Below are positions 16,576-25,359 of a stretch of DNA of 44,375 bases, in pieces. Made by a program: the position numbers and the translations under genes. Position 1 is the first letter of the stretch. The number at the start of each line of letters is the position of its first letter. Origin of the DNA: Candidatus Hadarchaeota archaeon (GTDB lineage Archaea; Hadarchaeota; Hadarchaeia; Hadarchaeales; Hadarchaeaceae). Below the pieces are notes generated by a model. The model worked only from the letters and a program-made list of their open reading frames with translations. It ran no database searches and was not told the DNA's origin. Location: contig JBFMBF010000007.1 of NCBI GenBank assembly GCA_040755315.1, forward strand, positions 1-44,375, read 5' to 3'.

Positions 16576-18530
16576 CCTTCCACCTTTATCGCCCCAACAG
16601 GGCAGACCTCGGCGCATATCCCGCACCCCACACAGAGAATTGGGTCCAGCCCGGCCTTTCTCTCCTTGACGCTGAAAGTTATCGCAGGGCAGCCAACCAT
16701 AACACAGAGCCTGCAGCCGGTGCAGACATCCTTGTCGAATATCATCTTCTTCCCCTTGTACTGCTTCAGTCTCTGGGCCTGGATGGTGCAGACCCTCCTC
16801 GTCACCACTATCGCGAACTTGTCGCTCTGCAGGGCCTCCTCTATGGCCTTCTGGGTGGACTTGAGGTCGAACGGGTCCACAGTCCGGATGAACTCCACTC
16901 CGCAGGCCTTCGCCACCTCCTCTATCGAAAGAACCTTTGCCTGATCGCCGGTCGCGGTGACTCCAGTCACGGGGTCGGGCTGGTGCCCGGTCATCGCAGT
17001 CCAGGAGTTATCCATCACAAGGAACAGGCCCTTCGCCTTGTTGTAGACGGCGTTGACCACAGCTGGAAGACATGCATGAAAGAACGTGGAGTCGCCTGCC
17101 ACGGCGACCACGACTCCGTCCTTGTACCCAGCGTGAAACTGCCCCTGCATGAGCCCTATCCCTCCGCCCATGATGTAGTTTGTGTCCAGCGTCTCGTATG
17201 GCGCCTCAATCGGGTAACGGACGGATTCCCCGGCGACGCTTGGTTTGTATTCCTTCCCGGCTATCCCGTAACCGCCCTGCTCGTAACACCCTATGTCCCC
17301 GTTGACTATCGGCGCGTTGCCGCCGAACTTCCTGAGAGCCTGCTTGAGAGCCCAGTAGCTACCGAGGTGCGGGCAGCCGGCGCAGAGAGTGGACGAGCGC
17401 GGGGCCACGAGTTTTTTAATCTCATCCCTGACGCTTCCTCTCTCGTCTGGCTGAACCTTCCGTCCCACGAGCTTTGAGATTGCTTGGACGGCGATGTCGG
17501 TGTTTATCTCACCCACCTGTGGCATGGCGCCGCTCAACCTGCCCAGAATTTTCACTTCAGGGTTGAAATCCTTGGCGATGGCCTTCACCTGCGTCTCCAC
17601 CACAGGCTCTCCCTCCTCGACCACGAGGACCGACTTCACCGCCTTCAGGACTTTTGTGACGAGCTTTTCTGGGATCGGGACAGGGGCCGCGATCTTGAGG
17701 AACGCCACCTTGTCCTCCAGCCCGAGCTTCTTCATGGCGTCCTGGGCATAGCTGGCGCCGATTCCGGAGGCTATCACTCCGACCTTCTGCCCGGCCTTTA
17801 AATTCAGTTCATTCCATGGGAGAGTTTCAACAATCTTCTTTATCTCGGGCATCCGCTCGTGGAGCCAGCGATGCTTGTGCACGGCCCCAGGAGGGCCATA
17901 CACATCCCAGCGCCACGGGATCTTCCAGTGCTTGTCGAAGACCGGCTTTCTGTCAAGCTTTGTGATTTTTCCAAGCTCCACATCCCCAGAAGCGTGGCTG
18001 ATGCGGGTGACGGACCTCAGCATTACTGGGAGCTCAAGCTTCTCCGAGAGCTCAAACGCGAGCTTGGCCATGTCCTTGGCCTCCTGTGTGTTGGACGGCT
18101 CAAGGCAAAGCATCTCGCCGTACATCGCCACGAACCTGGTGTCCTGCTCGTTTGAGGAGTAGTGGGCGTCGGGATCGTCGGCGACCGCTATCAGGAAGCC
18201 GCCCCTCACGCCGCTGTAGACTAGGGTCATGAACATGTCCATCACCCAGTTCAGCCCCGCATTTTTCATTGACGTTATAGAGCGAACACCCGTGATGGCC
18301 GCGCCGGCTGCAACCTCGAACGCCACCTTCTCGTTTGTTGACCACTCTGCGTGAAAGCCCAGCTTTGGCGCGGCCAGAGCCAGAGCCTCCAGGATTTCCG
18401 AAGAAGGAGTCCCCGGATAGGAGGCTGCAAGGCCAACCCCCGCCTCTATCGCACCCCTGGCTATCGCCTCGTTGCCCATAAGAAGAACCCTCTTGCCAGG
18501 GCTGTCGTCGGTTATGCTGAAACCTGCCAA
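16572..18530 (-). CDS. iorA: Indolepyruvate:ferredoxin oxidoreductase alpha subunit
   Basis: MGNEAIARG, YPGTPSSE, NEKVAFE, LCAGCPH, GDIGCY, GDSTFFH, TAMTGHQP and a C-terminal ferredoxin domain. Confidence 0.93.
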   Translation of the reverse strand: MAGFSITDDSPGKRVLLMGNEAIARGAIEAGVGLAASYPGTPSSEILEALALAAPKLGFHAEWSTNEKVAFEVAAGAAITGVRSITSMKNAGLNWVMDMFMTLVYSGVRGGFLIAVADDPDAHYSSNEQDTRFVAMYGEMLCLEPSNTQEAKDMAKLAFELSEKLELPVMLRSVTRISHASGDVELGKITKLDRKPVFDKHWKIPWRWDVYGPPGAVHKHRWLHERMPEIKKIVETLPWNELNLKAGQKVGVIASGIGASYAQDAMKKLGLEDKVAFLKIAAPVPIPEKLVTKVLKAVKSVLVVEEGEPVVETQVKAIAKDFNPEVKILGRLSGAMPQVGEINTDIAVQAISKLVGRKVQPDERGSVRDEIKKLVAPRSSTLCAGCPHLGSYWALKQALRKFGGNAPIVNGDIGCYEQGGYGIAGKEYKPSVAGESVRYPIEAPYETLDTNYIMGGGIGLMQGQFHAGYKDGVVVAVAGDSTFFHACLPAVVNAVYNKAKGLFLVMDNSWTAMTGHQPDPVTGVTATGDQAKVLSIEEVAKACGVEFIRTVDPFDLKSTQKAIEEALQSDKFAIVVTRRVCTIQAQRLKQYKGKKMIFDKDVCTGCRLCVMVGCPAITFSVKERKAGLDPILCVGCGICAEVCPVGAIKVEG

Positions 18531-18588
18531 TTTTACACCTTCCCCTCTTATAATGGGGGTGTTTTAAATTTTTGGGAGACAAGGTTAA

Positions 18589-18915
18589 ATGATGAAATCG
18601 GTCGCGTTTCTGCTTGTCCTGGCCATCGCGGCCTCGGCGTGGCTCTGGCTTGTCCCGGCTTGCAAAGGGCAGGAGGGCGAAGAGGCCCCCACCGGCCGCG
18701 GCGAGACGGAGCCGCAGCAGCCTGGAGATGGCGACAGCGCCAACCCCACGCACCCCAACTGGCCCGACGAACCAGCTGCCCCGACCACCGATAACCAGTA
18801 CGCGCCTACCCAAGAGGAGACCTACACGCTGTCGAACGAAGCGAAAGTGGTCTTGGCCGTGATCTCGATCAGTGTTATCTTTGCGGCGGCTTTCATCTAC
18901 TACCGTCGGTCGTGA
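18589..18915 (+). CDS. Small type I membrane protein (signal peptide, acidic/Pro-rich ectodomain, C-terminal TM)
   Basis: Hydrophobic N-terminus, low-complexity E/D/P/T segment, TM followed by YYRRS. Confidence 0.7.
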   Translation: MMKSVAFLLVLAIAASAWLWLVPACKGQEGEEAPTGRGETEPQQPGDGDSANPTHPNWPDEPAAPTTDNQYAPTQEETYTLSNEAKVVLAVISISVIFAAAFIYYRRS

Positions 18916-18984
18916 AACATCCACAAGGTAAACCCTGTTTTTTTTGAATTTGGGAAAAAATTTATGCTGCCGAGTTTATTTATT

Positions 18985-19326
18985 ATGATGAAAAAATTAC
19001 CTATTGCCCTGATTGTCCTGGTCGTCCTGGGCCTGACGGCAAGCCAGGTCATTCGCGCGCAAGAGGAGCCGCCTGACGAGGGATCCATCCCGCCCCAGAC
19101 GCCTGGCGACGCTCCTGGAATCGGCCAGGGCGAAGCAGGTGAAAATACTGAAAACGCGGCCGGGGGCAGGCCTACCGGGATAGGGGACGTTCCTGTGCTG
19201 GTGGCTGAAGTTGTGATCGTACTTGTTGTGGTTGGGGCAATCGCGGCTCTGCTGCTCAGAAGGAGGAGGTCCGGCCTGTATGAAGTCCCTCAAGAGGTTC
19301 CGAACATACCCCAGCAACCAGCCTGA
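18985..19326 (+). CDS. Small type I membrane protein, paralogue of 19391-19789
   Basis: MMKKLP signal peptide ending VIRA|QEEPP, DAPGIGQGEAGENT, TM, RRRR and a Pro-rich tail. Confidence 0.75.
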   Translation: MMKKLPIALIVLVVLGLTASQVIRAQEEPPDEGSIPPQTPGDAPGIGQGEAGENTENAAGGRPTGIGDVPVLVAEVVIVLVVVGAIAALLLRRRRSGLYEVPQEVPNIPQQPA

Positions 19327-19584
19327 AAACATGGCCTGGATTTTCTAATTCGAGGAAAAATATTTAGCGCCCCGCGTCCAAGTTGAACTGATGAAAAGAG
19401 CGGCTGCTACAATATTGGCTATGCTGGTCGTCTTGGCGGCGAGCCATGTCGTTTTCGCGCAGGATGAGCCGCCGCAAGATCCTGACTCCCCACCAACACC
19501 TCCTGACGATACACCCAGCCAGCCAGACACTACAACTCCCACAACTGATGCACCTGGAGTCGGCCAGGGCGAAGCAGGTGAAAA
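19121..19584 (+). repeat. 25-bp identical direct repeat shared by the two paralogues (19121-19145 and 19560-19584)
   Basis: TCGGCCAGGGCGAAGCAGGTGAAAA occurs at both positions. Confidence 0.9.
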
Positions 19585-19789
19585 CACGGCGGATAACGCG
19601 GTGGGGGAAAGCCCCAGCGGGCTCGGGGAACTTTTTGTGCTTGTGATAGAGGTGGTGGTCATAATTGTTGTGATAGGAGCAATCGTGGCCATATTGTCGA
19701 AGGCTAGGAAACCCAAGGATTATTACGCTCTTCCCGAGGTTCCGGGGACTGGACCTCCAACTGGTGGAGAAACGCCGCCGGCTTCTTAA
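19391..19789 (+). CDS. Small type I membrane protein, paralogue of 18985-19326
   Basis: Signal peptide ending VVFA|QDEPP, DAPGVGQGEAGENT, TM, basic cluster and a Pro-rich tail. Confidence 0.75.
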   Translation: MKRAAATILAMLVVLAASHVVFAQDEPPQDPDSPPTPPDDTPSQPDTTTPTTDAPGVGQGEAGENTADNAVGESPSGLGELFVLVIEVVVIIVVIGAIVAILSKARKPKDYYALPEVPGTGPPTGGETPPAS

Positions 19790-21120
19790 TTTCGTCGAGA
19801 TGATTTTACGAGGGCTGTGATGGCTTTTGCACACCTGGACGGACAGGAGTAGTCAGGCAGCTTCATTGAGGCGAGCTTGGCCCTCTCCTCATCCTCGACC
19901 TTCCCTCCCCCCAGCATCACCGGCACCACGGGCTTCCCCGACTTCACGTGCTTCGCGATCACTTCTGATATCCCTGGTATGGGGTCGCCCACAATAACCA
20001 TGATCGAGTGGATGTCTCCTGAGGGGACGGCGGCCGACAGCACGGCGTCGTACATCTGTGCTGTGGCGCTCCCCGTGAGGTCGAGCGGGTTCCTGATGAT
20101 GCACTCCGCTGGCAGGCTCTGGCGGAGGCTCTCCCCTATTTCTTTCGGAAGGTCCACCACGTTCAGGCCAAGCTCCTCGCAAGCGTCCGTGGCTATTATG
20201 CCTGCCCCGCCGGAGCTGGTGACTATCGCGACGTTTGGCCCAGCTGGCCCTGGGAGGCTCGCGAGCGCCTTGCAAACGTCGTAAAGCTCTTCCACGCTGT
20301 AGACTCGGATCACGCCCGCTTTACTGAATGCTGAGTTGAAGACCTGGTCCAGCCCAGCTAGGGACCGCGTGTGGGACTTCGCCGCCTCCGCGCCCTTCGC
20401 GGTCCTGCCCGGCTTGAGCACCACGACCGGCTTTGTCGATTTCTTGGCGACATCTACGAACTTCCTCCCGTCCCTGGTGGCCTCCATGTAGATGGCGATC
20501 ACCTTCGTCTCCGGATCCTGCGACATGTAATCAAGCAGCTCTGTCTCATCCACATCACACTTGTTCCCGAGCGCCACCAGCTTCGAGACCCCGATGCCGT
20601 CCGCCTCCGCCCAACAACCCATGGCCGCGAGCACCGTGCCGCTCTGGGATATCACAGAGATCGGGCCCCTGGAAGTCACAAGGGGCCAGCTCGCGCAGAG
20701 TCCGGCGGACGTGCTGTTCAACCCCTGGCAGTTTGGGCCGATAATCCTTATGCTGGCGGCTTTCGCTGCCTCCACAAGCTGTTGCTGCAGCTGCGCCCCA
20801 GCCTCGCCCGTCTCGCTGAAGCCGCCCGAAATTACCACTGCAGCCTTCGCGCCCTTCTGCCCGCAGTCCTGAATCACGGAAGGGGTGAACCTCGCGGGGA
20901 CTACTATCACCACAAGCTCGACTTCGCCCGGGACATCCTTGATTGATGGATAACACTTCAGGCCGAGCACCTCGTCGGCTTTCGGGTTTACGGGATAGAT
21001 TTTCCCCTTGAAGCCTGCGTCGACTATGTTTTTCAGGATGGAATAGCCGAGCTTTCCCGGCTCCCTCGAAGCGCCTATCACCGCGACGCTCGATGGCTCA
21101 AAGAAGCTTTTGAGACCCAT
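19786..21120 (-). CDS. acdA: ADP-forming acyl-CoA synthetase alpha subunit
   Basis: VAVIGASREPGKLG, IIGPNC, ISQSG, AKSHT phospho-His region, SGGAG, NPLDLTG. Confidence 0.88.
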   Translation of the reverse strand: MGLKSFFEPSSVAVIGASREPGKLGYSILKNIVDAGFKGKIYPVNPKADEVLGLKCYPSIKDVPGEVELVVIVVPARFTPSVIQDCGQKGAKAAVVISGGFSETGEAGAQLQQQLVEAAKAASIRIIGPNCQGLNSTSAGLCASWPLVTSRGPISVISQSGTVLAAMGCWAEADGIGVSKLVALGNKCDVDETELLDYMSQDPETKVIAIYMEATRDGRKFVDVAKKSTKPVVVLKPGRTAKGAEAAKSHTRSLAGLDQVFNSAFSKAGVIRVYSVEELYDVCKALASLPGPAGPNVAIVTSSGGAGIIATDACEELGLNVVDLPKEIGESLRQSLPAECIIRNPLDLTGSATAQMYDAVLSAAVPSGDIHSIMVIVGDPIPGISEVIAKHVKSGKPVVPVMLGGGKVEDEERAKLASMKLPDYSCPSRCAKAITALVKSSRRN

Positions 21121-22511
21121 CAGACCACCGGCCAGTTGGGGCCTATCTTTAAACCCAGCTTTGCGTCGACCTCCGGCCCTATTTCCTTCACCTGCTCTAT
21201 TACCTTCTCCTCGTCTATCGTCCGGAGCTTCCTGTTTTTCATGATGACTTTCCCGTCAACTATGACAGTGTCAACGTCGCCTCCGTTCGCCGCATACACC
21301 AGCGTTGAGACTGGGTTCCTCACGGGAACCAGGTGTGGCTTGCTCTGGTCGATTATTATTATGTCTGCCAGCTTCCCGGGCTCTATCGATCCAAGCTCCT
21401 TCCCCCAGAGGGTGGACCTCGCCCCGTTGATTGTCGCCATCTCAAGCACGCGCTCAGCCGGAAGGGCCGTGGGGTTCAGTAGCCTAGCCTTGTGGATTAT
21501 CGCCGCAAGCTTCATCTCCCTAATCATGTCATAGCAGTCGTTGCTGGGGCCCCCGTCGCAGCCAAGGGCGACGTTCGCACCGGCGCCAAGCATCTCTGGT
21601 ACGGGGGCGAACCCCGAAGCGAGCTTCAGGTTGCTCGCCGGGCAGTGGCAGACCGTGCTCTTGGTCTCCCGCAGCATTTCAAAATCTTTCTCACGCAGCC
21701 AGACGCCGTGAGCGTAAACTACGTGCTCCCCGACCAGCCCGCAGTGCTTCATGAACTCCATCGGGGTCATGTTGAACTCGTTTTTCATGTACCTGATGTC
21801 GTCCTGTACTTCTCCCAGATGAAGTGTAATCCCGGTGTTGAACTTCTTGGCGTTCTCTGCTATCTCCCGGAAGTACTCGACTGTGGCGCCTCCGGGGGTC
21901 CTAGGGCCGAACCAAACGTGAACCCTGTTGTCGGCCTTCCCGTGCCACCTCTTGTACATCTCGATGTTCTGTCGAATGGCCGTCTCCCCGTCCTCCACCA
22001 TGCTTTTGACAATCGCGTCGGGGAAGTCGGCGTAGCCGCGGAGGTTCATGAGCTTCTTGGTCAGGCAGGCCCGGATGCCTATCCTCTCCACCGCCCTCGC
22101 TATCTCGTCCAGCCCGTAGCGGTAGTGCATCCCGCTCTCGATGAAGCAGGTTGTGCCTGACTTTAGCATCTCTATGCAGCAGAGCTTTGCGCTGAGTTCG
22201 CCCTCCCGCGGAGTGTATGCGCCCTGAAGGGGGTGGACACGCTCCTTCAGCCATGACACCAGGGATAGGTCGTCGGCGCAGCCCCTGATGAGCGCCTGGG
22301 CGAGGTGGACGTGGCAGTCGACGAAGCCGGGGAGCACAAGCTTCCCTTTGCAGTCGATGACGACGTCGGCAGTGTGGCGCTTTTTTATCTCGCCTGTCTT
22401 GCCGACGGCCGTGACCCTGCCGCCATCTATCGCCACGGCGCCGTCCTTCACTATCTCACGACGCCCGTTCATCGTCACAATCGTTCCGTTCGTCAGCAGA
22501 ATATCAACCAT
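21120..22511 (-). CDS. Metal-dependent amidohydrolase (MTA/SAH deaminase, Atz/Trz-like)
   Basis: PGFVDCHVH, LHLGE, AHGVW, HCPASNLKLASG, LGCDG, GSIEPGKLAD. Start taken at MVDILL. Substrate uncertain. Confidence 0.88.
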   Translation of the reverse strand: MVDILLTNGTIVTMNGRREIVKDGAVAIDGGRVTAVGKTGEIKKRHTADVVIDCKGKLVLPGFVDCHVHLAQALIRGCADDLSLVSWLKERVHPLQGAYTPREGELSAKLCCIEMLKSGTTCFIESGMHYRYGLDEIARAVERIGIRACLTKKLMNLRGYADFPDAIVKSMVEDGETAIRQNIEMYKRWHGKADNRVHVWFGPRTPGGATVEYFREIAENAKKFNTGITLHLGEVQDDIRYMKNEFNMTPMEFMKHCGLVGEHVVYAHGVWLREKDFEMLRETKSTVCHCPASNLKLASGFAPVPEMLGAGANVALGCDGGPSNDCYDMIREMKLAAIIHKARLLNPTALPAERVLEMATINGARSTLWGKELGSIEPGKLADIIIIDQSKPHLVPVRNPVSTLVYAANGGDVDTVIVDGKVIMKNRKLRTIDEEKVIEQVKEIGPEVDAKLGLKIGPNWPVV

Positions 22512-22621
22512 GAAGACCTTACGATAGTGGCGCCGGAGTTTTTTAATACTTTGCATTGTTTGGCAGGACGTGGTCATTTGGGCCTGACGGAATGTCAAAG
22601 GTGTCAGCTGGCAGCGCAAAT

Positions 22622-22670
22622 GAAAAAAAGTCTGGATTGCGGCGCGGGGTCGTCATTAAAATGGGCCGCG
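22622..22670 (-). terminator. Probable terminator after the CCCC microprotein
   Basis: GC-rich segment after the stop, then a T7 run on the minus strand (A7 at 22623-22629). Confidence 0.45.
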
Positions 22671-22671
22671 T

Positions 22672-22818
22672 TCAGCAGCAACAGCACCCCGGGAATCCTG
22701 CTGCTTCCCCTTTTTGCAATTTTTCCATGTACTCCTTTGCTTTCTCTCCTTTGATTTCAATCCTGATCCCATCGTCGGTCTCGATGCATCTTACCTCACA
22801 TGCAACTTTTTCTGTCAA
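22672..22818 (-). CDS. 48-aa microprotein ending in CCCC (putative metal/thiol-binding)
   Basis: Not in the ORF track. GGAGGTGA RBS then TTG. Translation: MTEKVACEVRCIETDDGIRIEIKGEKAKEYMEKLQKGEAAGFPGCCCC. Confidence 0.8.
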   Translation of the reverse strand: MTEKVACEVRCIETDDGIRIEIKGEKAKEYMEKLQKGEAAGFPGCCCC

Positions 22819-22832
22819 TTTATCACCTCCTT

Positions 22833-22894
22833 ATATCGGGTGTCCAATACAAGCCAATGTGCGGAAACTTATAAGCGTATCGGTTGCCCAATAC
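22833..22894. promoter_or_regulatory. Two candidate PadR operators flanking a palindromic TATA box
   Basis: ATATCGGGTGTCCAATAC (22833-22850) and GTATCGGTTGCCCAATAC (22877-22894), with CTTATAAG at 22868-22875. Confidence 0.7.
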
Positions 22895-22899
22895 TAATC

Positions 22900-23232
22900 A
22901 TGAAAAAGAAGGAGTGCTGCCCGCCGGGGTATTGCGTCTGCGACATGCGTGGGATGCTTTCGTTTCTAATCCTGTGGTTACTGTCAAAAAAGCCGATGCA
23001 CGGTCAGGAAATAGCGAAAGAGCTGGAGAAGAGAAGAGGGTTCAAGCCAAGCCCCGGAACGATATACCCCGCGCTGAAGGAGCTGAAAAAGAGGGGGCTG
23101 ATAAAAGGAGAAAAAAAGGGGAAGGTTGTCGTCTACAGCTTGACTGAAACGGCTCGGAAGGAGATAACCAAAACCTGCCGGTACTTTTGCAAAATATTTT
23201 TCGACGTCTTTGAAAAACACAAGGTGGGGTAA
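22900..23232 (+). CDS. PadR family transcriptional regulator with Cys-rich N-terminus
   Basis: ILWLL..PMHGQEI, PSPGTIYPALKEL, YSLTE. Start at MKKKECCPPGYCVC (ATG 22900), about 25 nt after the TATA box. Confidence 0.9.
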   Translation: MKKKECCPPGYCVCDMRGMLSFLILWLLSKKPMHGQEIAKELEKRRGFKPSPGTIYPALKELKKRGLIKGEKKGKVVVYSLTETARKEITKTCRYFCKIFFDVFEKHKVG

Positions 23233-23237
23233 GTCAA

Positions 23238-23855
23238 GTGGAGATTGTGCTGGTCGGGAGGTCAAACATCGGCAAGTCAAGCGTGATCAGGCAGCTCACG
23301 GGGAAGCGGGTGAAGGTGGGGAAGCGGCCTGGGGTGACGCGGAAAATCTCCCGCTACGAGTTCGGTAAGCTGGAAGTCGTGGACATGCCTGGCTTCGGGT
23401 TCATGAGCGGGGTGCCAAAGCACATGCAGGAGGCGACAAAGACGAACATTGTGAGGTACCTTGAGCAGAACAGGGAAAAAATCTGCGCGGCGCTAGAGGT
23501 CGTGGACGCCAAGTCATTCATGGAAATCGCGGAGAGGTGGGAAAAAAGGCGACAGGTGCCGGTTGACGTTGAGATGTTTTCTTTCCTGGAGGAACTCAAG
23601 CTGGAGCCGATAGTGGTGGCCAACAAGATTGACCTTTTGCACCCAGATGACAGAGATGAGGCTCTCGACGGCATCTGCGAGAAGCTCGGGTTCAGCCCGC
23701 CGTGGAGGCAGTGGCAGGACATTGTTGCACCAACTTCCGCAAAAACAGGGGAAGGGGTCCCGCAGCTCAGAAAGCTTGTTACAGAGAGGCTGAGAAAGAA
23801 GGGGCTGGATCGGCTGGTCAAGTGGCCGAATGCTGCTGGCGGCGGAGCACTCTAA
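23238..23855 (+). CDS. engB: GTP-binding protein EngB/YihA
   Basis: GRSNIGKS, PGVTR, DMPGFG, NKID, TSAK. Confidence 0.9.
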   Translation: MEIVLVGRSNIGKSSVIRQLTGKRVKVGKRPGVTRKISRYEFGKLEVVDMPGFGFMSGVPKHMQEATKTNIVRYLEQNREKICAALEVVDAKSFMEIAERWEKRRQVPVDVEMFSFLEELKLEPIVVANKIDLLHPDDRDEALDGICEKLGFSPPWRQWQDIVAPTSAKTGEGVPQLRKLVTERLRKKGLDRLVKWPNAAGGGAL

Positions 23856-23894
23856 AGGCTTTTAAGCGGTTTGGCGTTAGACTCTGGGGAACTC

Positions 23895-25268
23895 ATGGCA
23901 GATGTTCTCATAATCGGGGCCGGCCCTGCGGGGCTTTTCGCCGCCCACGAGCTGTCTCAGAACTCCAACCACTCTGTGACGGTAGTGGATTGGGGGATGG
24001 AGATTGAGAAGAGGTACTGCCCGGCCGTCGACAAGGGTAAATGCATCGGTTGCAAGCCCTGCCACATCATGTGTGGGCTGGGTGGCGCCGGCGGGATGTC
24101 CAGTGGCATCCTGAACCTAAGGCCAGACATAGGCGGGGACCTGAGCAAGCTCACCAAAAGCAACAGGGTCGCCGAGAACCTCGTGAAGGAAGTGGACAAT
24201 GTCTTTGTGAAGCACGGGGCGCCCAAAGAGGTCTACGGTGCCACGGCGAAGGGGGTGGAGGAACTCACCCGGAAGGCCGCGGCTTCGGGCATAAGGTTCA
24301 TCCCTATCCCGCAGCGTCACATCGGGAGCGAGTACCTGCCAGAAGTCATAAACTCATTCAAGAAGGCGCTCGAGGACAGAGGCGTTAAGTTCATGTTCAA
24401 CACAAAGGTGGACAAGATAGGGAATGGCGAGGTGGTGGTGAACGGGCGGCCCATGAAGTTCAAGTATTTGCTGGCGGCGCCCGGCAGGGTCGGGGCCGAC
24501 TGGTTTGCCGAGCAGGCGAAGGAGCTGGGGATGAAGGTCTCGCACGGGGCCATAGACATTGGGGTGCGGGTCGAAATCCCGGCCGTCGTTTATGAGCAGG
24601 TTGTGAAGGTGAACAGGGACCCAAAGTTCCACATAAGGACGAAGACTTTTGACGACTTTGTCAGAACTTTTTGCACCAATGCTCAGGGCATGGTCATGGA
24701 GGAACTTTACAACGACCATGTGGGGGTGAACGGCCAGTCGCTCAGGGACAAAAAATCCCCGAACACAAACTTTGCGTTCCTCGTCCACATTGAACTCACG
24801 CAACCCGTGACGAACACCACTGCTTACGGGCGGTCGATAGCATACCTCGCGACCACCATCGGCGGAGGGAGGCCGGTGCTCCAGCGGCTTGGGGATCTTA
24901 GGGCCGGGAGGAGGTCGACCTGGGAGAGAATCGATCGCGGCCATGTTGACCCGACTTTAAAGAGCGTCACGCCTGGGGACATCTCGATGGCTCTTCCCGG
25001 CAGGATAGTCACCGATATAGTCGAGGGGCTTGAGATGCTGGACAAGGTGGCTCCCGGCGTTGCCTCCGACTCCACGCTGCTGTACGCGCCGGAGGTCAAG
25101 CTCTACGCGATGACGGTTGACGTCGACGAGAATATGGAGACCAACGTTCCCAACCTCTTCGTGGCCGGGGACGGGGCCGGCCTGTCGCGGGGGATAGTGA
25201 CGGCCGCGGCGACGGGGCTCCTTGCTGCTCAAGGGATAATCAAGAAGTCCGGCAAAGCTGGTGCATGA
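23895..25268 (+). CDS. NAD(P)/FAD-dependent oxidoreductase (uncharacterised FAD dehydrogenase family)
   Basis: IIGAGPAG, CxxCxxC insert, RHIGS, DIGVRVE, VRTFC, GDGAGLSRG. Confidence 0.85.
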   Translation: MADVLIIGAGPAGLFAAHELSQNSNHSVTVVDWGMEIEKRYCPAVDKGKCIGCKPCHIMCGLGGAGGMSSGILNLRPDIGGDLSKLTKSNRVAENLVKEVDNVFVKHGAPKEVYGATAKGVEELTRKAAASGIRFIPIPQRHIGSEYLPEVINSFKKALEDRGVKFMFNTKVDKIGNGEVVVNGRPMKFKYLLAAPGRVGADWFAEQAKELGMKVSHGAIDIGVRVEIPAVVYEQVVKVNRDPKFHIRTKTFDDFVRTFCTNAQGMVMEELYNDHVGVNGQSLRDKKSPNTNFAFLVHIELTQPVTNTTAYGRSIAYLATTIGGGRPVLQRLGDLRAGRRSTWERIDRGHVDPTLKSVTPGDISMALPGRIVTDIVEGLEMLDKVAPGVASDSTLLYAPEVKLYAMTVDVDENMETNVPNLFVAGDGAGLSRGIVTAAATGLLAAQGIIKKSGKAGA

Positions 25269-25359
25269 GGGCCAGGCGATTTCACTTTTTCCGCCATTTC
25301 ATCCTCGTACACAAAAGTACGTACAAGTAAGTATTCCAAGAAGACTGCCAACGCAAACA

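Noticed and set aside
22672..22674. Selenocysteine read-through of the TGA after CCCC
   Set aside because: No recognisable archaeal SECIS or selenium genes here. TGA is a common stop in this window.
22714..22899. N-terminal extension of PadR in the ORF track
   Set aside because: It overlaps the microprotein and the promoter/operators. ATG 22900 fits the TATA spacing.
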